A stretch of DNA of 63,090 nucleotides, counting the filler, from an uncultured Myxococcia bacterium (GTDB lineage Bacteria; CAZTWC01): NCBI GenBank assembly GCA_964617105.1. It is 5 parts of 5 records of this genome, joined end to end, with 100 filler letters (N's around TTAATTAATTAA, not from the genome) between each part and the next. Parts side by side here need not be neighbours in the genome. Positions count along the whole stretch, not along the records: positions 25,403 to 37,916 come from CAZTWC010000091.1; positions 38,017 to 50,514 come from CAZTWC010000092.1; 3 more parts are not named here. One strand, written 5' to 3'. The notes beneath the pieces are model-generated. The model did no database searches, was not told the origin of the DNA, and saw nothing but the letters and a program-made list of their open reading frames with translations. Of this stretch, positions 30,081-39,756 are shown piece by piece. Both the position numbers and the translations under genes were made by a program. Position 1 is the stretch's first letter, and each line of letters begins with the position of its first letter.

Positions 30081-31205
30081 ATGCAAGACCCGCGTCACCA
30101 AAAACTCTCCAATCTTCTGGTAAACTATTCAGTTAATATTCAACCCGGGGAAAAATGTTTGATTGAAGCCTATGATACACCCCTTGAGTTTGTGGAATCT
30201 TTGGTTCAAACCATTTATGATGCGGGTGGTATCCCTTTGATGGATATTAAATACAATCGTCTGACCCGCAAACTGTTAGAAAAAGCCACTGCTGAAAGTC
30301 TGTCAGTGATAGCGGAATCTGAGTTGTACCGGATGAAAATGATGGATGCCTATATTGGTGTACGGGGTCCGGCTAACGTCAAGGAGATGAGCGATCTGCC
30401 TTCAGAACAAACCGGATTGTTTAATAAAGAGATCATTGGCAAAATTCACATGGCTGAACGGGTCCCCAATACCAAATGGGTAGTGCTCCGTTATCCCACC
30501 CCGGCCATGGCCATGATGGCTCAAATGTCAACAGTTAAATTTGAAGACTATTACTTTGACGTAACTACTGGAGTTGATTACCAAAAAATGTCCAAGATGA
30601 TGAATCCTGCCGTGGATTTTTTGGCCAATGCCAAACAGGTAGCCATCAAAGGGCCAGGCACTGATTTGACCTTTTCTATTGAGGGAATCGGCGCAGTCAA
30701 ATGCGATGGCACCCGTAATGTACCGGACGGCGAGGTCTATAGCGCTCCGGTGCGCGACAGTGTTAATGGAATCCTTTCTTACAATGCTGCTTCCAGTTAT
30801 AATGGATTTACCTTTAACCAGGTTAAACTTACCTTTAAAAACGGAAAAATCGTAGAGGCTACTGCCAATGACACTGAACGGATCAATCAGATCTTTGATA
30901 CTGATGAAGGTGCGCGCTATGTTGGCGAATTTGCCCTGGGATGTAATCCCAACATCACCTTTGCCATGGATGAAACCCTGTTTGATGAAAAAATAATGGG
31001 CTCATTCCATTTTACCCCTGGTAATGCCTATGATGAAACCGATAACGGCAACCGCAGTGTTATTCACTGGGATCTGGTTTGCATCCAAACTCCCCAGTAC
31101 GGTGGCGGTGAAATATGGATAGACGACGAATGTATCCGCAAAGACGGGATATTTTTACACCCGGCCTTTAAAGGGCTGAACCCTGAAAGCCTGACAGAAA
31201 AATAA
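30081..31205 (+). CDS. Aminopeptidase (peptidase M29, AmpS/aminopeptidase T family)
   Basis: NVPDGEVYSAP, GEFALG, LFDEKIMGSFHFTPGNAY, NRSVIHWDLV; AAGGAG RBS. Confidence 0.92.
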   Translation: MQDPRHQKLSNLLVNYSVNIQPGEKCLIEAYDTPLEFVESLVQTIYDAGGIPLMDIKYNRLTRKLLEKATAESLSVIAESELYRMKMMDAYIGVRGPANVKEMSDLPSEQTGLFNKEIIGKIHMAERVPNTKWVVLRYPTPAMAMMAQMSTVKFEDYYFDVTTGVDYQKMSKMMNPAVDFLANAKQVAIKGPGTDLTFSIEGIGAVKCDGTRNVPDGEVYSAPVRDSVNGILSYNAASSYNGFTFNQVKLTFKNGKIVEATANDTERINQIFDTDEGARYVGEFALGCNPNITFAMDETLFDEKIMGSFHFTPGNAYDETDNGNRSVIHWDLVCIQTPQYGGGEIWIDDECIRKDGIFLHPAFKGLNPESLTEK

Positions 31206-31214
31206 TCTAAAAAT

Positions 31215-31751
31215 TTGGGATCTGTCTTGAAGAAAATACTTATTATTGATGACGAAGAGATTATTTTCGACGGAATAGAACTCTTTTCACAAGAACAACC
31301 TGATATTGTCATTGTGGATTATAAATTGCCGGGTCTAAATGGCATTGAAATTTTAAAGAGGATAAAAGCACAGAATAAAAATACCGAAGGGGTTAGCAAT
31401 TAGCCAAATAATTATTCAGGACCACGGTGGCACCATCACCTTTGACAGCCAGCCGGAGAAAGGGAGTGAATAGATAAATTTAAGCAGGGAAAACACGATT
31501 TAATCTTTCTGGATTTGAAGATGCCGGGGATGAATGGTGTAGAGACGCTAAGATTATTGAGAGAGTTGGACCAAAAAGTGCCCATAAATATTATTACCGC
31601 CTTCCATGGGGAATATATCGAGTCTCTGCGGGAACTACAAAATGATCATATCTCCTTCAACCTGGTCAAAAAACCAATTAACCTCAAAGAAATAGTCCTG
31701 ATCACCAAGAGCGGGCTTGAAGGAACCGTTATCTATAGCCTGGAGAAATAG
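31215..31751 (+). pseudogene. Collapsed two-component locus: receiver, HATPase C-terminus and receiver fragments
   Basis: KKILIIDDEE|DGIELF..VDYKLPG; then GLAISQIIIQDHGGTITFDSQPEKGS in another frame; then headless DLIFLDLKMPG..KKP receiver. Confidence 0.75.
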
Positions 31752-31753
31752 GG

Positions 31754-32665
31754 TTAATCCAACCGTTTTAACCCCAATTTACGGGCCATTTTTACCGCCT
31801 CTATATACTCATCTCTGGTTATACACCGGTTTAGTTCAGGGTAATAATGGGCTTTATGGGCAGGGTGATATTGAGTCATAATATTCAGGTAGGTATTTTT
31901 CGATATCTGTTGGGCAAGAAATTCAAACACTGTAAAACTGTTTGCCAGATTTTGGGGCAGAACCAGATGGCGAACAAGAAGTCCCCGCCTGGCAATTCCC
32001 CTCTCATCAAGGCTGAGGTCTCCAACTTGCCGGTGCATCTCTTTTACCGCTTTAAAGTTTACCTGGGGATAGTTCTTGACCTTTGAATATTTTTGGCCAT
32101 TCTTCTGGCTGCCATATTTCATATCCGGCATATAAATATCGATTACACCATCTAAAATCTCTTTTAGAATATCAGCGGAATCATAACCACCACTATTATA
32201 GACCAGCGGCAGGCAGAGACCTCGTTGGACCGCAAATAGCAGTGCCTCCAGGATTTGGGGGATAAAGTGACTGGGTGAAACTAAATTGATATTATGACAG
32301 TCCAGGTTCTGTAAATCGAGCATAATATCCGCCAATTGACTGGCCTCAATCTCTGTACCCGAATTTGATTGGCTGATATCACTGTTTTGGCAAAAAATAC
32401 AATGGAGATTACAGCGTCCAAAAAATATAGTTCCAGATCCACTGGTTCCTCTTAAAGGATCTTCTTCTCCCATATGGGGTGAATAACTGTACACTCTAGT
32501 TTTTTTTCCGCCTTTACAAAAGCCAAATTCATTATTAAGACGATTTGAACCACATAAGTGGGGACAAAAGTTACAATCATCAAGTTGTTTTTTAGCTTTA
32601 TCAGTTCTTTTTTTCAATTCCCCACTTTTGAAAAGTTCTAAATAATTTGGTTTATATTTATTCAT
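31754..32665 (-). CDS. Radical SAM protein, PflX-like
   Basis: CNFCPHLC, HMGEE, GSGTIFF, CNLHCIFCQN, NINLVSPSH, DIYMPDMKYG, VRHLVLP; start uncertain (32665 or 32692). Confidence 0.9.
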   Translation of the reverse strand: MNKYKPNYLELFKSGELKKRTDKAKKQLDDCNFCPHLCGSNRLNNEFGFCKGGKKTRVYSYSPHMGEEDPLRGTSGSGTIFFGRCNLHCIFCQNSDISQSNSGTEIEASQLADIMLDLQNLDCHNINLVSPSHFIPQILEALLFAVQRGLCLPLVYNSGGYDSADILKEILDGVIDIYMPDMKYGSQKNGQKYSKVKNYPQVNFKAVKEMHRQVGDLSLDERGIARRGLLVRHLVLPQNLANSFTVFEFLAQQISKNTYLNIMTQYHPAHKAHYYPELNRCITRDEYIEAVKMARKLGLKRLD

Positions 32666-32744
32666 GTTTTTATCGTATTCCAATAGTTTCAATGCTTTTA
32701 CTTGCTTTAGGTACCACTTTGTGTATTTAAATGATTATCATGAA

Positions 32745-32766
32745 TTATTTTTTGAGCGAGCCTTAA
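32745..32766. repeat. Copy of dispersed ~22-bp intergenic repeat
   Basis: TTATTTTTTGAGCGAGCCTTAA. Confidence 0.6.
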
Positions 32767-33896
32767 ATAGCGTTCATTTATAATAATATTTTAATTTGAT
32801 TTGATATTCTAATCAAGATCGAAAAGATAAAATCATTTCTATCTTTCACCATCTCATGTGAATAATTTTTTGGGGCGGCTTTTTGCGTGCCACATATTTA
32901 AGTGGTTTTTCTCGTGTCACCTTTTTGACAATGGGTTATTTTTGTATATTTTTGTCTCAATTACTTCACGTTTTAGTGCCAACATTCTGTCAAACACACC
33001 TTCCCCTCCATGCATCCTATTGTTTTCGCAGGCATTTCAGGATTCTCAAACGTATCTCCTGCATCTTCTTAACCGTTAAACTGTTCTTGCTGACCTGGGT
33101 GGGCGGTCACTTTTTGACGCTCCAGGCGATCTCATCCAAAATCAACCCTATTTTAAGCAACCAAAATAACATCAATATCATTGTGACATTTTATTCTCCT
33201 ATTATTTCTATAGGTTTTGCCTAATAGTTTAACTTATTTATATGGCATATTGTTGCCAGTTAACCAAAGTTTCAATTTAGACGCCTTAAGCCAACAGATT
33301 CAACCATCACCTAAACCATTACTATAAAATATGCATACTATTTACTTGATATATCTTGTTTATTCATCACCATATCGTGCTCCAAACCCGAACATTACCG
33401 ATTTATTTAAAAAATCCTTAACTAGACAAATCGGGACGAAATATTTATTAAAAATTAACTCAACTAGTCCCGTTCCAGCCTTTGGCAACTTTACACATCA
33501 TGATGTGCTTGCTTATTTGACAATACCACATATTGGCATCAACAAAAGAATTGGCATCCCTTCAAATATCAACACTAAAACTTCAACATATTTATCAATC
33601 ATCTCGTTTTTATTGAATATATTACACAACTATTCCTCCCAAAACAATTCTTCGGCCAGATCAGGTAAATTATCTTGAAATGACCCATTGGTTGTGCTAT
33701 TTTTATATGTATAAATAATGCTCAATGGGCGCATTATAAACGACTATAAAACGATTTTACCTTTATTCTATTTGCATACTGACATAAGAGATTCTCTACA
33801 CCACTTAATGCAAATCAAGCAGGTCGCCCAGGTGAGTTAACCAAAAGGATAAACGAATAACCTATTACCTAATAAAGTTCATTGGGAGATGCTTAT

Positions 33897-34643
33897 ATGT
33901 CCGGACACAGTAAATGGAGTACTATTAAGCACAAAAAAGGCAAAGCAGATGCCAAAAAGGGCAAAGTATTTACCAAACTTATCAAAGAGATAACCATTGC
34001 CGCCAGAATGGGTGGCGGCAATGTTGACAACAACCCCAGACTGAGACTGGCCATTGATAATGCCAAAGCGGAAAACATGCCCCGCGATAACATTGAACGG
34101 GCGGTTAAAAAGGGCACGGGTGACCTGGAAGGTGTAAATTACGAAGAGAGTTCATACGAGGGCTATGGTCCAGCCGGAGTAGCTATTTTAATCGATGTGC
34201 TTACCGACAACCGCAACCGTACAACTGCGAACATCCGGCACACGTTACACAAATACAACGGTTCCATGGGAGAATCGGGCTGTGTTTCCTGGATGTTCAA
34301 TAAAAAAGGGCTTATCCAATTTGATGCAGAGGGTGTATCTGAAGATGACCTGATAGAAATCGCTTTGGATGCAGGTGCCGATGATATTGTTCAACAAGAG
34401 GATATCTTTGAAGTATTTACCGCTCCCGAAAATTTCAATGATGTTAAAGAGGCTTTTGACCAAAAAGAGTTCAAATATCTGTCCGCCGAAATCGCCATGA
34501 TCCCCCAAAACACAGTTAAATTGGAAAAACGAGATGCCGAGAAGGTATTGAACCTGCTGGACAAACTGGAAGAAGATGAAGACGTTCAAGATGTCTACTC
34601 TAATATTGAAATTGATCAGGAAGTTTTAGACAGCATTGAGTAA
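33897..34643 (+). CDS. yebC: YebC/PmpR family protein
   Basis: [36 protein letters not shown]. Confidence 0.97.
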   Translation: MSGHSKWSTIKHKKGKADAKKGKVFTKLIKEITIAARMGGGNVDNNPRLRLAIDNAKAENMPRDNIERAVKKGTGDLEGVNYEESSYEGYGPAGVAILIDVLTDNRNRTTANIRHTLHKYNGSMGESGCVSWMFNKKGLIQFDAEGVSEDDLIEIALDAGADDIVQQEDIFEVFTAPENFNDVKEAFDQKEFKYLSAEIAMIPQNTVKLEKRDAEKVLNLLDKLEEDEDVQDVYSNIEIDQEVLDSIE

Positions 34644-35154
34644 TTTTGGAGTGAATCGATTGAGGGTTTTAGGTGTTGACCCGGGTACTAAAATAACCGG
34701 GTATGGAATAGTTGATATCTCAGGCAACCGGTTTATCCACATCGATAACGGCCTGATCATTCCACCGGCAAAAAATAAATTAAACTATAAATTACACCAT
34801 ATTCACCAGCAGTTGACCAACTTGATTGACCAGTTCAAGCCCGTTGCCATGGCAGTAGAACAGGTTTTTTTATCCCGTAATTTTAAAAGTGTGCTTCATT
34901 TAGGCCATGTTAAAGGGATGGCTCTTTTGGCAGCAGCAGAGTTCGACCTTACCCTTTCGGAATATTCTCCAAAAACGGTTAAAAAGGCGGTAACCGGATA
35001 CGGTAACGCCAGCAAGGAGCAAATCCAGTATATGGTCGCCAATATACTAAAACTCCCTGAAAATGCCTATGAAGATGCCTCCGATGCCCTGGCCCTTTCC
35101 ATTTGCCACCTCTCCAATTGCAGAGCAGAGGCAGCAAGTGGATATCTAAACTGA
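34636..35154 (+). CDS. ruvC: Holliday junction resolvase RuvC
   Basis: [33 protein letters not shown]; start uncertain. Confidence 0.95.
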   Translation: MSNFGVNRLRVLGVDPGTKITGYGIVDISGNRFIHIDNGLIIPPAKNKLNYKLHHIHQQLTNLIDQFKPVAMAVEQVFLSRNFKSVLHLGHVKGMALLAAAEFDLTLSEYSPKTVKKAVTGYGNASKEQIQYMVANILKLPENAYEDASDALALSICHLSNCRAEAASGYLN

Positions 35155-35165
35155 AACGGAACCAA

Positions 35166-35771
35166 ATGATCTGTCAACTAAAAGGCAAAGTTGCCCAAAA
35201 AAATATTGACCACCTGGTGGTAGATGTTGGAGGAATCGGTTTCAAAGTCTTTTCCTCTTTACAATCGCTAAGTCAAATCCCTGAGCCGGGAGAGGAAGTC
35301 TTTCTCCATATCCATACCAATGTTAGACCCGAAGCGATAAACCTATACGGTTTTGTAGATGAAACTGAGCGCGATCTTTTTCTGGCCGTTATTGGAGTTA
35401 GCAATATTGGTCCCCGCCTGGCCCTGAATATCCTGTCGGGCATGAAAGTTAACCAACTTCTCAGTGACATAAAAAACAAACAGATTAGTTCTATTGTCCG
35501 TATTCCTGGGGTGGGAAAAAAAACCGCCGAAAGATTGGTGGTGGAACTGAAGGATAAAGTAGATAAAATCTTTCCTGACCAGATGACAGCGCCCCACCCT
35601 GCCATCAAAGATAATCTCCTGGATGAATTATCCAATGCTTTGAAAAACCTGGGATACAAAACTTCAGAGATCAATAGGGTTATAAATAAACTAGGACAAA
35701 CCAGCGAACCAGACACCACTCTGACTAAGTTGATTCGCAATGCCCTGAACATTCTCAGCAAACGCGGTTGA
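35166..35771 (+). CDS. ruvA: Holliday junction branch migration protein RuvA
   Basis: MICQLKG, DVGGIG, LYGF, VSNIGPRLAL, IPGVGKKTAERLVVELK. Confidence 0.96.
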   Translation: MICQLKGKVAQKNIDHLVVDVGGIGFKVFSSLQSLSQIPEPGEEVFLHIHTNVRPEAINLYGFVDETERDLFLAVIGVSNIGPRLALNILSGMKVNQLLSDIKNKQISSIVRIPGVGKKTAERLVVELKDKVDKIFPDQMTAPHPAIKDNLLDELSNALKNLGYKTSEINRVINKLGQTSEPDTTLTKLIRNALNILSKRG

Positions 35772-35834
35772 GCCTAAATAAAAATAGAAAAACAGAAAAA
35801 AGCCCCTCTTTGACTTTTTATGAGGTAATAAAAA

Positions 35835-36887
35835 TTGGAAGAGAATAAAAATGGTCCCAATGAAATCGAACGACAGGTATCACCTAAGGTCGTTGCCGAT
35901 GATCTGCTTAACGATAAAACTATCCGACCGCAAAAATTTGACGATTATACTGGGCAGCACCAACTAAAAGAGAACCTGGGCGTATTTATCAATGCCGCCC
36001 TCACCAGGGGAGATACCCTGGATCATATTCTGCTTTGCGGACCGCCGGGACTAGGAAAAACCACTTTGGCCTATATTGTGGCCAATCAAATGGGAGTTGT
36101 GATACATTGCACCTCTGGGCCGGCCATGGAGCGCAAAGGGGATTTAGCCGGCATCCTGACCAACCTGGAAGAAGGTGATATTCTGTTTATCGATGAGATC
36201 CACCGTCTCAATTCGGTAATTGAAGAGAACCTCTATCCTGCCATGGAGGATTTTAACTTTGATATTGTCATTGGAGAAGGACCGGGAGCCCGCACTATCA
36301 AAATGCCCCTCAAACCTTTTACTCTTATCGGCGCCACCACCAGGACCGGCTTGTTAACCTCTCCGCTCCGTAATAGATTTGGTTTTATCGCCCGGCTCGA
36401 TTTCTATACCTGCCAGGATCTGGAAAAAATCGTCAAGCGCTCCGCTACTATCCTGCAAATAGAAATTACCGACCAGGGCGCCATTGAGATTGCCCGCCGC
36501 TCCAGGGGAACACCGCGAACCGCCAACCGCCTGTTGCGCAGAGTAAGGGACTTTGCTCAAGAAAAAGGCGACAATATTATTGACCAGGATATCAGCGAAT
36601 TCGCTCTCTCTAAATTAGAGGTAGATAAAATTGGATTAGACAAAATGGACCGGGACATTTTGTATACTATCATCGAAAAATTTGAGGGCGGACCGGTTGG
36701 GCTAGAAACTTTGGCAGTTTCCATTAGTGAATCAAAAGACACTATAGAGGAAGTTTACGAACCATTTTTAATCCAAAACGGACTAATAAAGAGGACCCCC
36801 AGGGGAAGAATCGCCTGCACTAAAGCCTACGAACACTTGAAAATTACCCAAAACAAAGAAGGATCACAACAAACGGCTTTGTTTTAA
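35835..36887 (+). CDS. ruvB: Holliday junction DNA helicase RuvB
   Basis: [38 protein letters not shown]. Confidence 0.98.
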   Translation: MEENKNGPNEIERQVSPKVVADDLLNDKTIRPQKFDDYTGQHQLKENLGVFINAALTRGDTLDHILLCGPPGLGKTTLAYIVANQMGVVIHCTSGPAMERKGDLAGILTNLEEGDILFIDEIHRLNSVIEENLYPAMEDFNFDIVIGEGPGARTIKMPLKPFTLIGATTRTGLLTSPLRNRFGFIARLDFYTCQDLEKIVKRSATILQIEITDQGAIEIARRSRGTPRTANRLLRRVRDFAQEKGDNIIDQDISEFALSKLEVDKIGLDKMDRDILYTIIEKFEGGPVGLETLAVSISESKDTIEEVYEPFLIQNGLIKRTPRGRIACTKAYEHLKITQNKEGSQQTALF

Positions 36888-36892
36888 AACCC

Positions 36893-37279
36893 ATGGAAAA
36901 ACAATTAGATTTCACTCACCTGAGCAACTTTGCCAGGCAAGTTTACTCTATAGTGGCTATAATTCCAGCCGGCCGGGTGACTACTTACGGTTCTATTGCC
37001 ATTGCCATAGGCCAAAAAGGGGCTGCCCGGGCGGTAGGACAGTGTTTGGCAGCCAATCCTATCCCGGAAAAAGTTCCCTGTCACCGGGTGGTTGGACATG
37101 ATGGACAATTAACCGGATTTTTCTCCTCTGCCAAACGGCTCGATTTAAAGCGGGAGATGCTGGAGAGGGAGGGGGTTGGTTTCAAGAACCCTTCAGGCGT
37201 AAAACTACAGCGGGTGGATGAAGCATATATCATTAGAGATTTGAAACTATTAGTAAACAGTTCCGCTCCCGGTAAGTGA
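36893..37279 (+). CDS. MGMT family O6-alkylguanine DNA alkyltransferase (C-terminal domain only)
   Basis: IPAGRVTTYG, ARAVG, NPIP..PCHRVV. Confidence 0.88.
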   Translation: MEKQLDFTHLSNFARQVYSIVAIIPAGRVTTYGSIAIAIGQKGAARAVGQCLAANPIPEKVPCHRVVGHDGQLTGFFSSAKRLDLKREMLEREGVGFKNPSGVKLQRVDEAYIIRDLKLLVNSSAPGK

Positions 37280-37322
37280 CGACCTGATTACCATAAGTGA
37301 GCCCCAAATAGAGAGTGATTCA

Positions 37323-37916
37323 TTGGCAGATTACCAGCGGCCTAAAATTTTTTCCAGGAAACTACCGCAGTTTGCGCTTCAGCCTCCTTTTCCAAAAAAA
37401 TCGGGCAAAACCAAACAAATAATTCTGTTTTTGTTAACCCTGGCTTCTACCGCTTTTGTGGGTGGATATTTATACTCCTTTGCGGTTATCTCCATCCTGC
37501 TGGCCCATGAGTTTGGACATTACTTTATGTGTAAAAAGCACAGAGTGCCTGCCTCCCTCCCCTTCTTTATTCCCATGCCCCTCTCCCCTTTCGGCACCTT
37601 TGGCGCACTAATAGTTATGCGGGGTAGAATCCCAAACCGTAAAGCGTTGTTTGATATAGGTATCACCGGACCTTTGGCCGGCCTGGCTCTGACCATACCT
37701 TTTTTAGTGGTGGGATTATATCTATCTGAAGTGAGAATGATTCCAAAAGGTGAGGGGGTAATCCATTTTGGCGAGTCGCTGCTGATGTCGCTTTTTACCT
37801 ACCTGATCAAAGGTAATATTCCCGCTGGACATGACGTTTTCCTCCATCCCCTGGCCTATGCTGGCTGGGTGGGCCTGTTTGTCACTGCCCTTAATATGTT
37901 ACCCTTTGGGCAACTT
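37323..37916 (+). CDS. Site-2 protease (M50), 3'-truncated
   Basis: HEFGH, PFFIP, GTFGA, GPLAG, LNMLPFGQL. Confidence 0.9.
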
Positions 37917-38016
37917 NNNNNNNNNNNNNNNNNNNNNNNNNNNNNNNNNNNNNNNNNNNNTTAATTAATTAANNNNNNNNNNNNNNNNNNNNNNNNNNNN
38001 NNNNNNNNNNNNNNNN
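37917..38016. other. Artificial contig linker
   Basis: 44 N + TTAATTAATTAA + 44 N. Confidence 0.99.
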
Positions 38017-38478
38017 AAATTAAGTCCTAAGGAGCGGCAGGCAGGGAAAATATTATATATTGCTGATTTGACCAGCCCGGATCCTCAAGGTAAGTATCCA
38101 TACTCAATTATTGGACGTTACTCTTTTGAAAAAAAGATATTGAAAAATTTTATAGAGAAATTTGGAAGCCACACCGGCGACTTGATAAAGAGCGATAAAA
38201 TAGTTCATTTTTACGAAACTGCCTGGTGTTCGGTATGTAAAAAGGCGAAAAATTGGTTGCGTAGTCGTAATATCCCTTTTTTGGCTAAAGATATCGAAAA
38301 AAAAGCAACCTTTCAGCGGGAGATGCTCCTGTTAGCTCAAAAAGCGGGATTATCTTTAGGGGGAGTGCCGGTGATCGTCTATAAAGATGTGATTATTCAG
38401 GGTTATGACCAGGAAAAATTGGAGCAATTAGTTGCTGATTTTAGGGATAACCAGACGCAACCATCGTCTCAACCTTGA
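38017..38478 (+). CDS. Glutaredoxin/NrdH-like protein with N-terminal extension, 5'-truncated
   Basis: WCSVCKKA, KDIE, GVPVI, QGY; frame open back to contig start. Confidence 0.8.
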   Translation, partial: KLSPKERQAGKILYIADLTSPDPQGKYPYSIIGRYSFEKKILKNFIEKFGSHTGDLIKSDKIVHFYETAWCSVCKKAKNWLRSRNIPFLAKDIEKKATFQREMLLLAQKAGLSLGGVPVIVYKDVIIQGYDQEKLEQLVADFRDNQTQPSSQP

Positions 38479-39287
38479 AATTTACCAACTTTAACCTGGG
38501 CGGGCCGGATCACTTTGTCCTTGTATTTGAAACCGCACCGGAAAACTTCCATAATTTTGTTGTCATTATCCTGGCTGTCAACCTTTTCCACCATCAAACC
38601 TTCAAAGAAATTGGGGTCAAAGTTTTCTCCGTTGCCATCGAACCTTTCGGCCCCTAATTGGGCCAATTTGCCAATCAACTGCTGATAAATCATGTCCACT
38701 CCCTGGACAAAGGCCTGGTAGGAGTTTTCATTTACCTCCACTTTTAAAGAAAGTTCAAAGTTATCTATAATCTCCAGCAAGGCAGAGAATAGTTTCCCTT
38801 TTTCCCTGTCCACCTCTTCGCTCATGGATTTTCGCAACCGGTTTCGCGATTTTTCAAACTCCTTTTCTGCATCTTTATAAGCACTGATATATTTTTGCAG
38901 CAAGACATCTTTTTCTTCTAGTTTCTTTTCTAATTGCTCAACATAAGTAGGCTTTTTAGGAGAATAGTCTTCGTTGTCAACTACTTCATCATCATCGCCA
39001 CTACCATCTTTATTTTTGTCTTTGCGCCAAAATCTTCTATCAGTCACTTTAAATCCTTTTTTCTTTTGGTTTTCTTTGCTTTGTCTCTCCTCTTCGACAG
39101 AATCATCTGGTTCGGTAAGAATTTCTATATCTGCCTCTTCCAGGTCAGTTTCCAGTTTTTCTTCATCGGGGTACTCCTCTATTTCAAGGGTTTCGTTCTC
39201 TTCTTCTGGTTTAGTTACTTCAATAACAATATCCTCATCAGTCATATTTTTACTCCAACTGGTTAGTGTGTGCCTATTCTTTACCAT
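38469..39287 (-). CDS. grpE: Nucleotide exchange factor GrpE with long acidic N-terminus
   Basis: KVTDRRFW, LLEIIDNFE, GENFDPN, VIRPAQVKV; alternative start 39245. Confidence 0.9.
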   Translation of the reverse strand: MVKNRHTLTSWSKNMTDEDIVIEVTKPEEENETLEIEEYPDEEKLETDLEEADIEILTEPDDSVEEERQSKENQKKKGFKVTDRRFWRKDKNKDGSGDDDEVVDNEDYSPKKPTYVEQLEKKLEEKDVLLQKYISAYKDAEKEFEKSRNRLRKSMSEEVDREKGKLFSALLEIIDNFELSLKVEVNENSYQAFVQGVDMIYQQLIGKLAQLGAERFDGNGENFDPNFFEGLMVEKVDSQDNDNKIMEVFRCGFKYKDKVIRPAQVKVGKFQG

Positions 39288-39420
39288 AGTCTCCTATAAA
39301 ATAATCATTATATGCCACCTGTCAAGACTTTAATAAAGGTTATATTGTAATTCTAATGCGTTTTTAAAAACCAGTAATTGTAAATAGTTAGTAAGTGTCG
39401 AAAAAAAATGAAAAAGTGGC

Positions 39421-39449
39421 TTGACAATTGAAAGAAAATTTAATACATT
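39421..39449 (+). promoter_or_regulatory. Sigma70-type promoter
   Basis: TTGACA, 17-bp spacer, TACATT. Confidence 0.6.
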
Positions 39450-39455
39450 ATGATC

Positions 39456-39617
39456 AGAATAAAAGACTATTAGATTTCTGGGATGTCCGAGACTCCCTTA
39501 GGTTGAGCCGGGTCGACACAAAGAATAAATATTAGACCGCAGCTTGGTTAAGTAGACGGTTTTTACCGGAAACTAATATAAAAGGCGCACTCTTTTTTTA
39601 AAGGGGCGCCTTTTTTT
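39456..39617 (+). ncRNA. Candidate structured small RNA (long rod-like hairpin) between its own promoter and terminator
   Basis: TATTAGATTTCTGG pairs with CCGGAAACTAATA; CTTAGGTTGAGC with GCTTGGTTAAG; GGTC with GACC; no ORF; family not recognised. Confidence 0.5.
39580..39617 (+). terminator. Rho-independent terminator
   Basis: AAAAGGCGCACTCTT..AAGGGGCGCC followed by T7. Confidence 0.75.
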
Positions 39618-39756
39618 GTTATGTGGTTGTTGATAACAACGTATCTAATATAACAAACCCATTCAATAATATTGACTGTATATCCATAAATTGGTATTTA
39701 GATAATCTCTGTTTTTTTATTCGAAAAAATGTAATTGTAAAGATGGAGATTGATTT

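Noticed and set aside
33100-33200. Serine-recombinase-like remnant on the minus strand (IDVILV..DRL)
   Set aside because: Very short, stop-interrupted match; could be chance
39245-39420. CIRCE element upstream of grpE
   Set aside because: No TTAGCACTC-N9-GAGTGCTAA match seen
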